From the NCBI GenBank assembly GCA_021736475.1, contig JAIPFV010000003.1, positions 4,724 through 68,723 on the forward strand: a DNA stretch of 64,000 nt, in the 5' to 3' direction. Below, one piece after another: positions 54,795 through 62,784 of the stretch. How positions within the stretch are numbered: position 1 is the first letter of the stretch; the number at the start of each line of letters is the position of its first letter. The notes below the pieces were generated by a model. The model was not told the DNA's origin. It made no database searches and saw nothing but the letters and a program-made list of their open reading frames with translations. A program made the position numbers and the translations under genes. This DNA is from Spirochaetia bacterium. Its GTDB lineage: Bacteria; Spirochaetota; Spirochaetia; DSM-16054; Sediminispirochaetaceae.

Positions 54795-54809
54795 TGGCAC
54801 GATGCTTGC
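54795..54809 (+). promoter_or_regulatory. Sigma-54 promoter TGGCAC-N5-TTGC
   Basis: 'CTTGGCACGATGCTTGCT' lies about 160 nt upstream of ATG 54969. Confidence 0.65.
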
Positions 54810-54968
54810 TTTACATGGGTAAAGGGGAGCATTCACCTTTGAAGTTCTTTCGGAGGGCAGACCAGCCCTTACGGAACGAAAGCGAAATGCGGCAACAGCC
54901 ACGGTCGGAGTTCTTTTTTCCGGCAGAGATTAATTACCCACCAATATCTTGAAAAGGAGGAAAAAGCT

Positions 54969-55502
54969 ATGAAAAAATTATTAGGAATGTTCTTGTTAGC
55001 TGTTTTTGTGTTCACCGCTGCAGCGGAAGCTAAGGAGAATTATGAATTCGAACATGTGAAAGTAACTACTCGCGACAATAATGTATTAAAGGTATCGGCA
55101 AATGATCAAGTAATAATGTTCAACTACATACAATTCAATTACTTTATTACTGTTTCCAATGCAGAAAAAATGATCGAAATACTGGAAGTTGCCATGGATA
55201 AGCTAACGGAAGAAATAGATTATAGCAAGGATTATGTGACAAACAATAACCCATCGCTTACCAATATCTATAAGGGAGAAGACTATGGATACGATTTTTA
55301 TCTTTGGTCGAAACCAAGAAGGCTTATCCTTTACCTAATAGGGAATGACAACTCGAAAAAACTCACGTTTGAACCCGAAAGTGTGAGACAACTTATGAAT
55401 GCACTTAAAAACAAAGTTGAACTGGTACACATGCTCAAACAGGAACAGGAAGAGTGGATGTGGCCTGAGGAAATCGATGAGAGAATTTTGGAGGTGAAAT
55501 AA
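54969..55502 (+). CDS. Exported protein, unknown function
   Basis: GGAGG RBS; signal peptide 'MKKLLGMFLLAVFVFTAAAEA'. Confidence 0.6.
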   Translation: MKKLLGMFLLAVFVFTAAAEAKENYEFEHVKVTTRDNNVLKVSANDQVIMFNYIQFNYFITVSNAEKMIEILEVAMDKLTEEIDYSKDYVTNNNPSLTNIYKGEDYGYDFYLWSKPRRLILYLIGNDNSKKLTFEPESVRQLMNALKNKVELVHMLKQEQEEWMWPEEIDERILEVK

Positions 55503-56266
55503 TGAAATATACAGTTACACAGAGAAGTATTTTTAGAAGTGTCGTACTCTTTTTTTTACTGATAACCGCTTACAGTTTTCTCGAAGCCCAGTCTTACACA
55601 TATGACGCTTCCCGGCAACCCGAAACGCAACCGGGTGAATCAGTAACCGGTAAATCAATAGAAGAATTGTACCTCTCCTCTACCGTCAGCCTTGATGCCC
55701 TCGGTATCCAACTTGAGGGAGGGACCCCTGACCAAAAGATGCTGGCCATGGCCACCCTGGAAAATCAGATGGAAAGGAATATTGAGGAGGGGAAAGAAGA
55801 TGATATATACAACATTCTCGTTCCCATAGTCGAGAAGGGAGTCCTCGACGTAACCGGAAACGAAAATTCCATTGAGGGATACAACGCCGTTGCCAGAAAA
55901 GAGGCGGTGCGCCTTTTGGGAGTGCTCGGCACCACCACGGCGCGGGACCAGCTGGTACTTACCGTCAAGTACGATCCCGATCCGATGGTGCGGGCGCAGG
56001 CCCTCTTCGGGCTGGGGAAAATCGGCACCGACGATAACGGAGATGTGACCAGAGCCATTGCCAAAATGCTTTTCAAAGAGACACTGCGGAGGCCGCCGAG
56101 CGAGAACGCCGTGTATGCGGGTATTCTGGCAATCGAGCAAATATCCGCCGATCCCCTGAATACGGTCGACGATTATGTACGGGAAGTGCTGGTGGATATT
56201 GCCGCCTGTGGAAGCTGTGTGCGTCTGCTGCGTAATAATGCGCTCAGGGTGCTATCTAAGATGTAA
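55502..56266 (+). CDS. Exported HEAT-repeat protein
   Basis: TAATG junction with the upstream gene; signal-like N-terminus; 'ARKEAVRLLGVLG', 'DPDPMVRAQALFGLGKIG' HEAT/PBS-lyase-type repeats. Confidence 0.65.
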   Translation: MKYTVTQRSIFRSVVLFFLLITAYSFLEAQSYTYDASRQPETQPGESVTGKSIEELYLSSTVSLDALGIQLEGGTPDQKMLAMATLENQMERNIEEGKEDDIYNILVPIVEKGVLDVTGNENSIEGYNAVARKEAVRLLGVLGTTTARDQLVLTVKYDPDPMVRAQALFGLGKIGTDDNGDVTRAIAKMLFKETLRRPPSENAVYAGILAIEQISADPLNTVDDYVREVLVDIAACGSCVRLLRNNALRVLSKM

Positions 56267-56307
56267 ATAGGTGCAAGGATGATTCTCGCCTCGAACCCGG
56301 GAAAAAC

Positions 56308-58038
56308 TCATACCCGTTTCGCGTAGAGCTCATTGTCGAAGGTTAAACGAAAGCTCAAACCGTTTCGTTTAGTCAGGGTAACCGAACCTCCGAGTTGATC
56401 CTTCACGAGACTGTAGACGATTTGAAGACCGAGATTGCCTTGAGTTATGGGATCGAAACCTTCCGGCACGCCTACGCCGTTGTCGCCGATCTCCAAAACC
56501 GGGACCATATTATCTACAAAAAAGAGCTTCACTTCGATAATTCCCTTTCTGCCGTTGGGAAAAGCGTGTTTGAAGGCGTTGCTTATGAGTTCGGTCACAA
56601 CCAGTCCGACAGGAACGGCGATGTCGATGAGTACGGGGATATCGTCCATGGAGTACCGGATAGAAACGTCTGTGAGTTCATCTGAATGAAAATCCTTTAT
56701 TATAAGAATGAGGCTTTCGAGATAGTCACGGAGATTGAGTTGCGAGAGGTCTTCTGATTCGTACAGCTTCTGGTGGGCCAGTGCCATCCCGAGGATTCGA
56801 TTTTCGATTTCCTTAAATGTCGTGCTAAGCTGTGGATCATTCACCTCGTGAGTTCTTAGTCGGAGCATGGAAGCGATAACTTGCATGTTGTTTTCCGTAC
56901 GGTGATAGAGCTCACGCAGCAGGATCTTTTTTTGAGACAGTTCATGTGCAATTTGTTCACTAGTCCGTTTTCGCTCCGTCACATCCTGCAGAGTCCCATG
57001 CAAGCCGGTAATTCGTCCATCCGTATCGTAGACCGGTTTGATGATCGTTGCAAACACGACTAATGTGCCGCCGGCGGTGGTGGCGCGGAGGTCTAACTCC
57101 TTGCTTTCCCCGCTTTCAAGAGCTTTGTCTGCATAGCTCCTGAAAAGCTTTGCCTGCTCAGGAGCGTAGTGGGTGGATGGTTCATCGAATCGAACCGGCT
57201 CCGATTCGGCATCCAATTCGTGAAGACGGTACATTTCATCTGACCAGGTGAAGGTGTCGCCGACGAGATCGTATTCCCAGCTGCCGATTTTTCCCACCTT
57301 TTGTGCCTCTTTGAGCTTGGCTTCACTTTTCCGCAGCTTACGGGACGTGTTCAGGGCGTCTCTCATGGCATCAAAGGCTTTCCGTCGTGATGCTTCCAGT
57401 TCCTGGTTGCTCTTCCGGAGATCGAGTGTGCGAAGTACAATCTTTTCCTCGAGGCCGGCTTGGTGTTCCAGTAATCTCCGTTCGAGATTTTTCTGGAATG
57501 AAATATCCGTCAACGTGAGGCTTACGAATAAATCCCGTTGGGTTCTCTTAGACGCCATATTATTGGGTGAATCGTAGACAAAGGGTGCCATCGAACAAAG
57601 ATAGTGCGTGTCATCGGACGAATTATCGTTAGAAGAAGAGTTAAACATCATGAGATCCTTCTGAACGTGTTCCGAAATACCTCGTTTCAGTAGGGAAGTA
57701 AATTGGGCGTTTACTCCCTCCGGAAGGATATCGATGATCTGTCGGCCCATCACTTTTTCTATGGGTACTCTTATCATCTCCGCGAATCTCCTGTTGCAAT
57801 AGATTAGTGTACCCCCCTCGGAAATAATAGCAGCCCCTTCATGCATCTGTTCGATGAGAATACGATAGGTTGTTTCCGCCGAGGAGAGGGAGTAGATTTG
57901 CTCTCCGACATCAGTCTTCACTACGATTGCATCTACTTCACCGGAGCGTATTGCCGCCAGTGTCTCTTCAAGTTCCTTAAGGCGGGTTCGGAGGATTTCG
58001 TTTTCCTCAGCGAGCCGACAGCCCTCTTCCGGCTTCAT
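56308..58038 (-). CDS. Cytoplasmic multi-PAS sensor histidine kinase (HisKA_2 type), kai-operon output kinase candidate
   Basis: 'AIRSGEVDAIVV' N-terminal coil, two PAS regions, coiled-coil linker, H-box 'LRELYHRTENNMQVIASML', 'ELISNAFKHAF', 'DNGVGVP'; starts 3 nt after the kaiB stop. Confidence 0.88.
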   Translation of the reverse strand: MKPEEGCRLAEENEILRTRLKELEETLAAIRSGEVDAIVVKTDVGEQIYSLSSAETTYRILIEQMHEGAAIISEGGTLIYCNRRFAEMIRVPIEKVMGRQIIDILPEGVNAQFTSLLKRGISEHVQKDLMMFNSSSNDNSSDDTHYLCSMAPFVYDSPNNMASKRTQRDLFVSLTLTDISFQKNLERRLLEHQAGLEEKIVLRTLDLRKSNQELEASRRKAFDAMRDALNTSRKLRKSEAKLKEAQKVGKIGSWEYDLVGDTFTWSDEMYRLHELDAESEPVRFDEPSTHYAPEQAKLFRSYADKALESGESKELDLRATTAGGTLVVFATIIKPVYDTDGRITGLHGTLQDVTERKRTSEQIAHELSQKKILLRELYHRTENNMQVIASMLRLRTHEVNDPQLSTTFKEIENRILGMALAHQKLYESEDLSQLNLRDYLESLILIIKDFHSDELTDVSIRYSMDDIPVLIDIAVPVGLVVTELISNAFKHAFPNGRKGIIEVKLFFVDNMVPVLEIGDNGVGVPEGFDPITQGNLGLQIVYSLVKDQLGGSVTLTKRNGLSFRLTFDNELYAKRV

Positions 58039-58040
58039 AG

Positions 58041-58388
58041 TTATGTGTCTCCGACCTTCTTCAGATCAAGTCCAATGAGCAGCTTGTCCTTGTCCGACAT
58101 GTCCCCGATGATCTTCCGCAATGGTTCCGGGAGTTTTTTAACTAGAGTCGGCACGGCAATTATCTGTTCTCCCTCCGCCAGGGTGGGTTTTTGATAAAGG
58201 TCTACCACGTGCAGATCGTAGCGGCCCCCCAGATGTTCGTCACATACGTTTTTTACGTTTTCTATCGCACGTTTTGACGTGGTAGACATTCCGGCCACGT
58301 ATAGGCGTAAGACATAGTTAGAGGCAGTGGATTCTGAAGATACGAGGGCCTCATACTCCTCAGTGTTCATTTCATCATTGTTATGCAT
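58041..58388 (-). CDS. kaiB: Circadian clock protein KaiB homologue (copy 2)
   Basis: '[85 protein letters not shown]'. Confidence 0.9.
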   Translation of the reverse strand: MHNNDEMNTEEYEALVSSESTASNYVLRLYVAGMSTTSKRAIENVKNVCDEHLGGRYDLHVVDLYQKPTLAEGEQIIAVPTLVKKLPEPLRKIIGDMSDKDKLLIGLDLKKVGDT

Positions 58389-58722
58389 CTGCTGCCTCTT
58401 GTGTAAGGGGTTGTATGTCTAGTCCCACTAGTACTTTCTCCTCGTTCGACAGGTCGCCGATGATCTTCTTGACCGGTTCCGGCAGCTGGCGTATCAGCGT
58501 AGGTACGGCGAGAATTTGGTCACCCTTGGCGAGTGTCGGGTTCTTGATGAGGTCGATGATTTTGATCTGGTATTTCCCCTTGAGGTGTCGTTCACAGATC
58601 TGCTTCAAATTGCGGAACGCAGCAATCGATTTCGGGGATTGTCCGGCAACGTACAACTTCAGAATCCAGATGTCATCGCTATGTGCTGCATGGTTGTGCT
58701 CTTGTGAGAATGTGTCGGACAT
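58381..58722 (-). CDS. kaiB: Circadian clock protein KaiB homologue (copy 1)
   Basis: '[85 protein letters not shown]'; 8-nt overlap with copy 2. Confidence 0.9.
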   Translation of the reverse strand: MSDTFSQEHNHAAHSDDIWILKLYVAGQSPKSIAAFRNLKQICERHLKGKYQIKIIDLIKNPTLAKGDQILAVPTLIRQLPEPVKKIIGDLSNEEKVLVGLDIQPLTQEAADA

Positions 58723-58725
58723 ATG

Positions 58726-59637
58726 CTACTCCCCTATGCCTTTTTTGCTTTCCAGCATGCCCTGCCGCCGTAGCTGGGTTTGTTCGAACTGCCGGGTGAG
58801 TTCATCGATCTCGTTCTGCGTCTCTATTTCATCGGCTTTCATTTGTATCTGGGTGAGCTCGATCTGCGATTCCGCCGCCTTCTTCTTCCTCTGGAGCGTG
58901 TTTTTCAAACGATCGATCCTTGTTTTAAGCATTTCGGTCTCTTCCTCGTCAATTTGTTCCTGCACGTAGCGGGCCGAGCCGGTCAGAATTCCCTCCGTTC
59001 CCAGGTAGACTTCCTTGAGCTGGACTCCATGGGAAGTGATGAGGAACTCCCGTATTTGATTCGAATTGGCGATCCCACGGGATTTCAGCACGTACAGTCC
59101 CCGGTTTCGCTCTCCGTTTTCCTCGATGTCGCGAAGCAACAACCACGAATCCATGAGAGAGGAGATACCGACATCAGTCCCCGCTTCCGCTAGGGTTCCC
59201 GATGTAAGGGCGGTGAAGTAGCCGGTTACCGGCTTGGCCTTGAGAAAATCGATCAGTCGTGTCAGCATAGACTTGACTTCCAGTTCGTTCTCGTTGGACA
59301 GATACGCATTGATTGGATCGATGATCACCACCGAAGGTCTGTACTCGGAGGTAAGACGGTGAAGCATAGTGAGGTGTGATTCCAGACCGTATATGCTGAC
59401 CCGTTCAGAATGGAACTTCAGGAGCCCGGATTGCTCCCATGACGACAGATCGAGTCCGATCGAGGAAAGATTTCTCTTTACCTGGGTACCCGATTCCTCG
59501 AAGCTGAGGTACAGGACCTTCTCTCCTCGTCGGCAGGCAGCATCCGCTATGTGACCGCACAAGCTCGTTTTTCCGGTTCCGGCCGTACCCGAAACGAGTA
59601 TGCTGGTTCCGTGGTAGAATCCTTCCCCCCCGAGCAT
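58726..59637 (-). CDS. kaiC: KaiC-family ATPase, CII-like half only plus coiled-coil tail; apparently 5'-truncated
   Basis: 'LDEMLGGEGFYHGTSILVSGTAGTGKTS', 'VLYLSFEES', 'VVIIDPI', 'GISSLMDSWLLLRD', 'VLKSRGIANSNQIREFLITSHG'. The in-frame upstream sequence loses KaiC similarity within 5 codons and hits a TAA at 59701-59703. Confidence 0.8.
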   Translation of the reverse strand: MLGGEGFYHGTSILVSGTAGTGKTSLCGHIADAACRRGEKVLYLSFEESGTQVKRNLSSIGLDLSSWEQSGLLKFHSERVSIYGLESHLTMLHRLTSEYRPSVVIIDPINAYLSNENELEVKSMLTRLIDFLKAKPVTGYFTALTSGTLAEAGTDVGISSLMDSWLLLRDIEENGERNRGLYVLKSRGIANSNQIREFLITSHGVQLKEVYLGTEGILTGSARYVQEQIDEEETEMLKTRIDRLKNTLQRKKKAAESQIELTQIQMKADEIETQNEIDELTRQFEQTQLRRQGMLESKKGIGE

Positions 59638-59676
59638 CTCATCCAGAGTGTACCGCCACAGATGAATTGACCAAAA

Positions 59677-59734
59677 TCCACACCTGGTTTGACCAAATTT
59701 TTAACTTTTTTCCACACCTGGTTTGACCAAATTT
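59677..59734. repeat. Perfect 24-bp direct repeat x2 (10-bp spacer), plus a partial third copy at 59667-59677
   Basis: TCCACACCTGGTTTGACCAAATTT at 59677-59700 and 59711-59734; TTGACCAAAAT at 59667-59677. Confidence 0.9.
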
Positions 59735-59769
59735 CCGTGTTTTTCCCTGCCTAAGCTTGCTTTTTCGTG

Positions 59770-60858
59770 CTATCTCCATGAACCGTCAATATAGACTTTT
59801 CTCGAAACGGATCCGTCTCCCGGATTATACAGCAAGTGCTCTTGTCCGTTTATCGGATTGCTTGGGTATGTAGGAGAAACACCGTCCCAGTATGATAATG
59901 TTCCTACGATAGCGCCGTTGATTCTATGCGCTACAAGTTCAGCGTTTCTCGGCGATTGATGGTCTCTAATTTTTACAGACTCCATGTAGTTGATAGCCCC
60001 ATCCATGATCACTACATTGTCTAAAACCCCCTTAAAGTACCTATTATCAGCCCTTCCAAGGTAGTTTAATCCGTCTTGAGTGTTTATTGCTAACGAGAAG
60101 GGAGCCGACTCGACGGTGTCTATAAAAGAGATCCAATCAGTACCATTGTAATAAACTTGAATGAAGTGCCATATATTGTCATTAACTAATGTGGAATTAA
60201 TCTCATACAAACCCCCCAAATATCTCACCGATAACTTCCCGTCGATTATCTCAATTGATGTCTCGGATCCCAATTGTACAATAGGTCCGCCGTCAGAAGT
60301 TTTAACGGCGCAAGAAAAGCCTCTCTCTGCGTTAGATCTGAACCCGTAATCAGGCAAAGTCACGTAGTCGTATTCCCCGTTCATCTCTATTGCTTTATGA
60401 GTGATCCCTTGTACTCTTTTTAGGGATCCGACAGTCCCTGTGTATGTATCATAGCCGTCTATTAGCTGAGCGTTTGGAATGAGTTGAAGAGTGTATGAAA
60501 TGGATCTCACAATGGGTTGAACCCCGTTAGAAACAAAAGAAACGACAATATTCAGCGTGTGAGTTCCTGCTCCTATCGAGATTTCCGCCCACTCTCCTTC
60601 CGGTAATATAGGCCCTCCTATGCCAAGAGAAAGGTTTAACTTAGTGTTTAAATTCTTGTTGTAATCTACGTCGATTTTAACCCAAAGCGACTGCTCCGGA
60701 AGGACGGAAACTTGAATTGGACGTATCGCTCTTACTTCACGCTCAATAGAATGGTTAGGGAGGCCGTACAACCTGCCGGTGTTGCCCGATATTGATGCGT
60801 AGAATCTTGGAGACTCGTAACTAACTGATGCGCCATAGACGGCGTTACCAATTATCAC
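59770..60858 (-). CDS. LamG/concanavalin-A-like lectin-domain protein (tail-fibre/receptor-binding candidate)
   Basis: 'FSCAVKTSDGGPIVQLGSE..IEIIDGKLSV', 'DNIWHFIQVYYNGTD', 'YLGRADNRYFKGVLDNVVIM' follow the Laminin_G_3 pattern. Confidence 0.6.
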   Translation of the reverse strand: MIIGNAVYGASVSYESPRFYASISGNTGRLYGLPNHSIEREVRAIRPIQVSVLPEQSLWVKIDVDYNKNLNTKLNLSLGIGGPILPEGEWAEISIGAGTHTLNIVVSFVSNGVQPIVRSISYTLQLIPNAQLIDGYDTYTGTVGSLKRVQGITHKAIEMNGEYDYVTLPDYGFRSNAERGFSCAVKTSDGGPIVQLGSETSIEIIDGKLSVRYLGGLYEINSTLVNDNIWHFIQVYYNGTDWISFIDTVESAPFSLAINTQDGLNYLGRADNRYFKGVLDNVVIMDGAINYMESVKIRDHQSPRNAELVAHRINGAIVGTLSYWDGVSPTYPSNPINGQEHLLYNPGDGSVSRKVYIDGSWR

Positions 60859-61154
60859 TGTATAAGCTCCTCCTCCTCTGCTACGGTCATACCGATGCGG
60901 TCAAGGAGGTTTCCTGGCATTATTCCCCATACTTCTTGATAGTATTCACTGCCCTCTTCCGCGGACCCTTTGTCCACTACTCTGTGGGTGGCGTCGTTTA
61001 TACCGTCAGCCTCAGATTCCAGCTTTCCGGCAAGCACCCATCCCTCTCTGTTTTCAATTGCCCGTCGGATAAGGCTCTTCGTTTTTTCCGCGTTAATTTC
61101 CAGTGCATTGATAACATCTTGTTTACTGTTGATGTGTTTCGGATATCCTCTCAT
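60855..61154 (-). CDS. Hypothetical phage-region protein
   Basis: 99-aa ORF with a 4-nt overlap onto the LamG-like gene; no recognisable motif. Confidence 0.5.
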   Translation of the reverse strand: MRGYPKHINSKQDVINALEINAEKTKSLIRRAIENREGWVLAGKLESEADGINDATHRVVDKGSAEEGSEYYQEVWGIMPGNLLDRIGMTVAEEEELIQ

Positions 61155-61165
61155 TTCATTTCTCC

Positions 61166-61477
61166 TTAAGTAAATGTATAATATCTATCCACCTTTTGTA
61201 TTTTGGTTGCAAAAGGTAAGTATTCACGATATTTCCCGATCTGGCCGATCAAGACCTCAGACCCCGTAAACAGGACGCATGGATCATCATCTCCGTCGAT
61301 CGTAAACTGCAGCGTCATATATCTGCTTCTGCCCTCGTCCTTGTATCTACTCTCTTTGACCCGCGCATCATGAACGGTTATCTCGAGGTTTAAAACCTCG
61401 TCTATTCTCTTCTTTTTTCCCTCAATAGGCTTATCATCTCCGGCGAAGTCGGAGAATCTATGCACAGAGCCCATCAA
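61166..61477 (-). CDS. Hypothetical phage-region protein
   Basis: 103-aa ORF overlapping the RT 3' end by 20 nt; no recognisable motif; it does not look like a helical Avd. Confidence 0.5.
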   Translation of the reverse strand: MMGSVHRFSDFAGDDKPIEGKKKRIDEVLNLEITVHDARVKESRYKDEGRSRYMTLQFTIDGDDDPCVLFTGSEVLIGQIGKYREYLPFATKIQKVDRYYTFT

Positions 61478-62474
61478 TTTCCTCCTTTATTTCGTCAATA
61501 TGCATGGCTTGTCTTAGGTTGTAGGCATTAGCCCACCGAAGCCACCCCTCAGTAGAAGAGACAACAGATCTCGCTCTTTTTGCGTCTACTAACCCCTTAT
61601 TTATCTCCCATCTTAGGTGTGATATTCTTTTCTTCACTCTTCTTGCCGTGCTTTTTCTCACTAAAACATATTTTGCGAAATGCCTATATCCCACGAAATC
61701 TACACCCTGAGACACCGGATATACTCGATCCTTAGAAAGAGTAAGTTTGAGGCTTGATTTCAGAAACTCTCTTATCTGGTCCTGAAATTCTCGAAGAGCT
61801 TTTTTTGAATGAGAGAAAAGGAGAAAATCATCGTTGTAGCGTACATACCCTTCAGGCTTAAGGGTGTGGCGAACGTATGTGTCGAGTTCGTTGAGTACAA
61901 GATTCCCGATCCATTGGCTGGTCAGATTGCCGATAGGAATATTCCGGTCACCAGGAAATGATCGAATAATGTCCTCCATTATCCATAGGACCCATTGATC
62001 CTTTATCTTTCGTTCAACAATATTCATCGCCACGTCATGGCTGATCGATGGATAAAATTTCTTCACATCGCCCTGCAGACAATATCCGCCACGTCTCACA
62101 TTTTCCATTACCAATCTTGAGGCACTGTGCTGCCCTTTCCCTGGTCGGCATGCGTGAGAGACTGGATCGAACATCCGGTCCCAAATAGGAGCTATGACCG
62201 CCATTAGTGCATGCTGGACTATCCGATCAGGAAAGAACGGGAGAATAAATATTTCACGTTCTTTTGGCTCATACACCTTTTTACAGCGATACTCTGCGGT
62301 AGAAAAAGTTTGATCGGCCATCATACACCGAACTTCCTCCAGTGCAAGCTCTTTTCGGATTTCTACTTCTTGCACGGTGTTCTGCCAGGTCTTTCCTTTT
62401 TTTGCTCTACTATAGGCGAGCTCGATGTTCTCTTTGGTAATTATCTTTTCTTTGAGATTCCCATATCTTTTCAT
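61458..62474 (-). CDS. DGR reverse transcriptase
   Basis: Start 'MKRYGNLKEKIITKENIELAYSRAKKGK' (ATG 62474); 'FYPSISHD'; DGR-specific 'IGNLTSQWIGN' ((I/L)GxxxSQ); catalytic 'VRYNDDFLLF'. The ORF-track extension to 62888 is read-through of TR/VR. Confidence 0.9.
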   Translation of the reverse strand: MKRYGNLKEKIITKENIELAYSRAKKGKTWQNTVQEVEIRKELALEEVRCMMADQTFSTAEYRCKKVYEPKEREIFILPFFPDRIVQHALMAVIAPIWDRMFDPVSHACRPGKGQHSASRLVMENVRRGGYCLQGDVKKFYPSISHDVAMNIVERKIKDQWVLWIMEDIIRSFPGDRNIPIGNLTSQWIGNLVLNELDTYVRHTLKPEGYVRYNDDFLLFSHSKKALREFQDQIREFLKSSLKLTLSKDRVYPVSQGVDFVGYRHFAKYVLVRKSTARRVKKRISHLRWEINKGLVDAKRARSVVSSTEGWLRWANAYNLRQAMHIDEIKEEIDGLCA

Positions 62475-62601
62475 GATTTTTATAATGTGTTGCCGGACTT
62501 TCGCTATAACTACTAACCCGGCAACACCCCCGTTTTGTATTCGGCCATTCGGCCAGGCCGGTACAGCCAGCCGTAGGGTCAGCTCAGCTAACGCCTGCGT
62601 A

Positions 62602-62716
62602 TCCGTGACGCCCCGCCCCGCGTTATTCGCATTCAGATTCAGCGCGGCATTATTCGCATTCGCACTGCGTGAGCCGCAGTTCGCACTGTTGGACCAATTC
62701 ACGCTGAAGTGGGAGC
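62602..62716 (-). repeat. DGR template repeat (TR)
   Basis: 115-bp gapless alignment to 62793-62907; Asn(AAC)-rich in the coding frame ('NWSNSANCGSRSANANNAALNLNANNAGRGV'). Confidence 0.9.
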
Positions 62717-62767
62717 TATGTGCTGTACCAGCCTCTATATTCATACTAAATATCCTTGGGACCCGCT

Positions 62768-62784
62768 GCAGCGTCAAGCGCTGC
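62768..62784 (-). other. Hairpin just 3' of the VR (DGR target-recognition stem-loop candidate)
   Basis: The coding strand reads GCAGCG-CTTGA-CGCTGC; it overlaps the stop codon of the variable protein. Confidence 0.5.
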
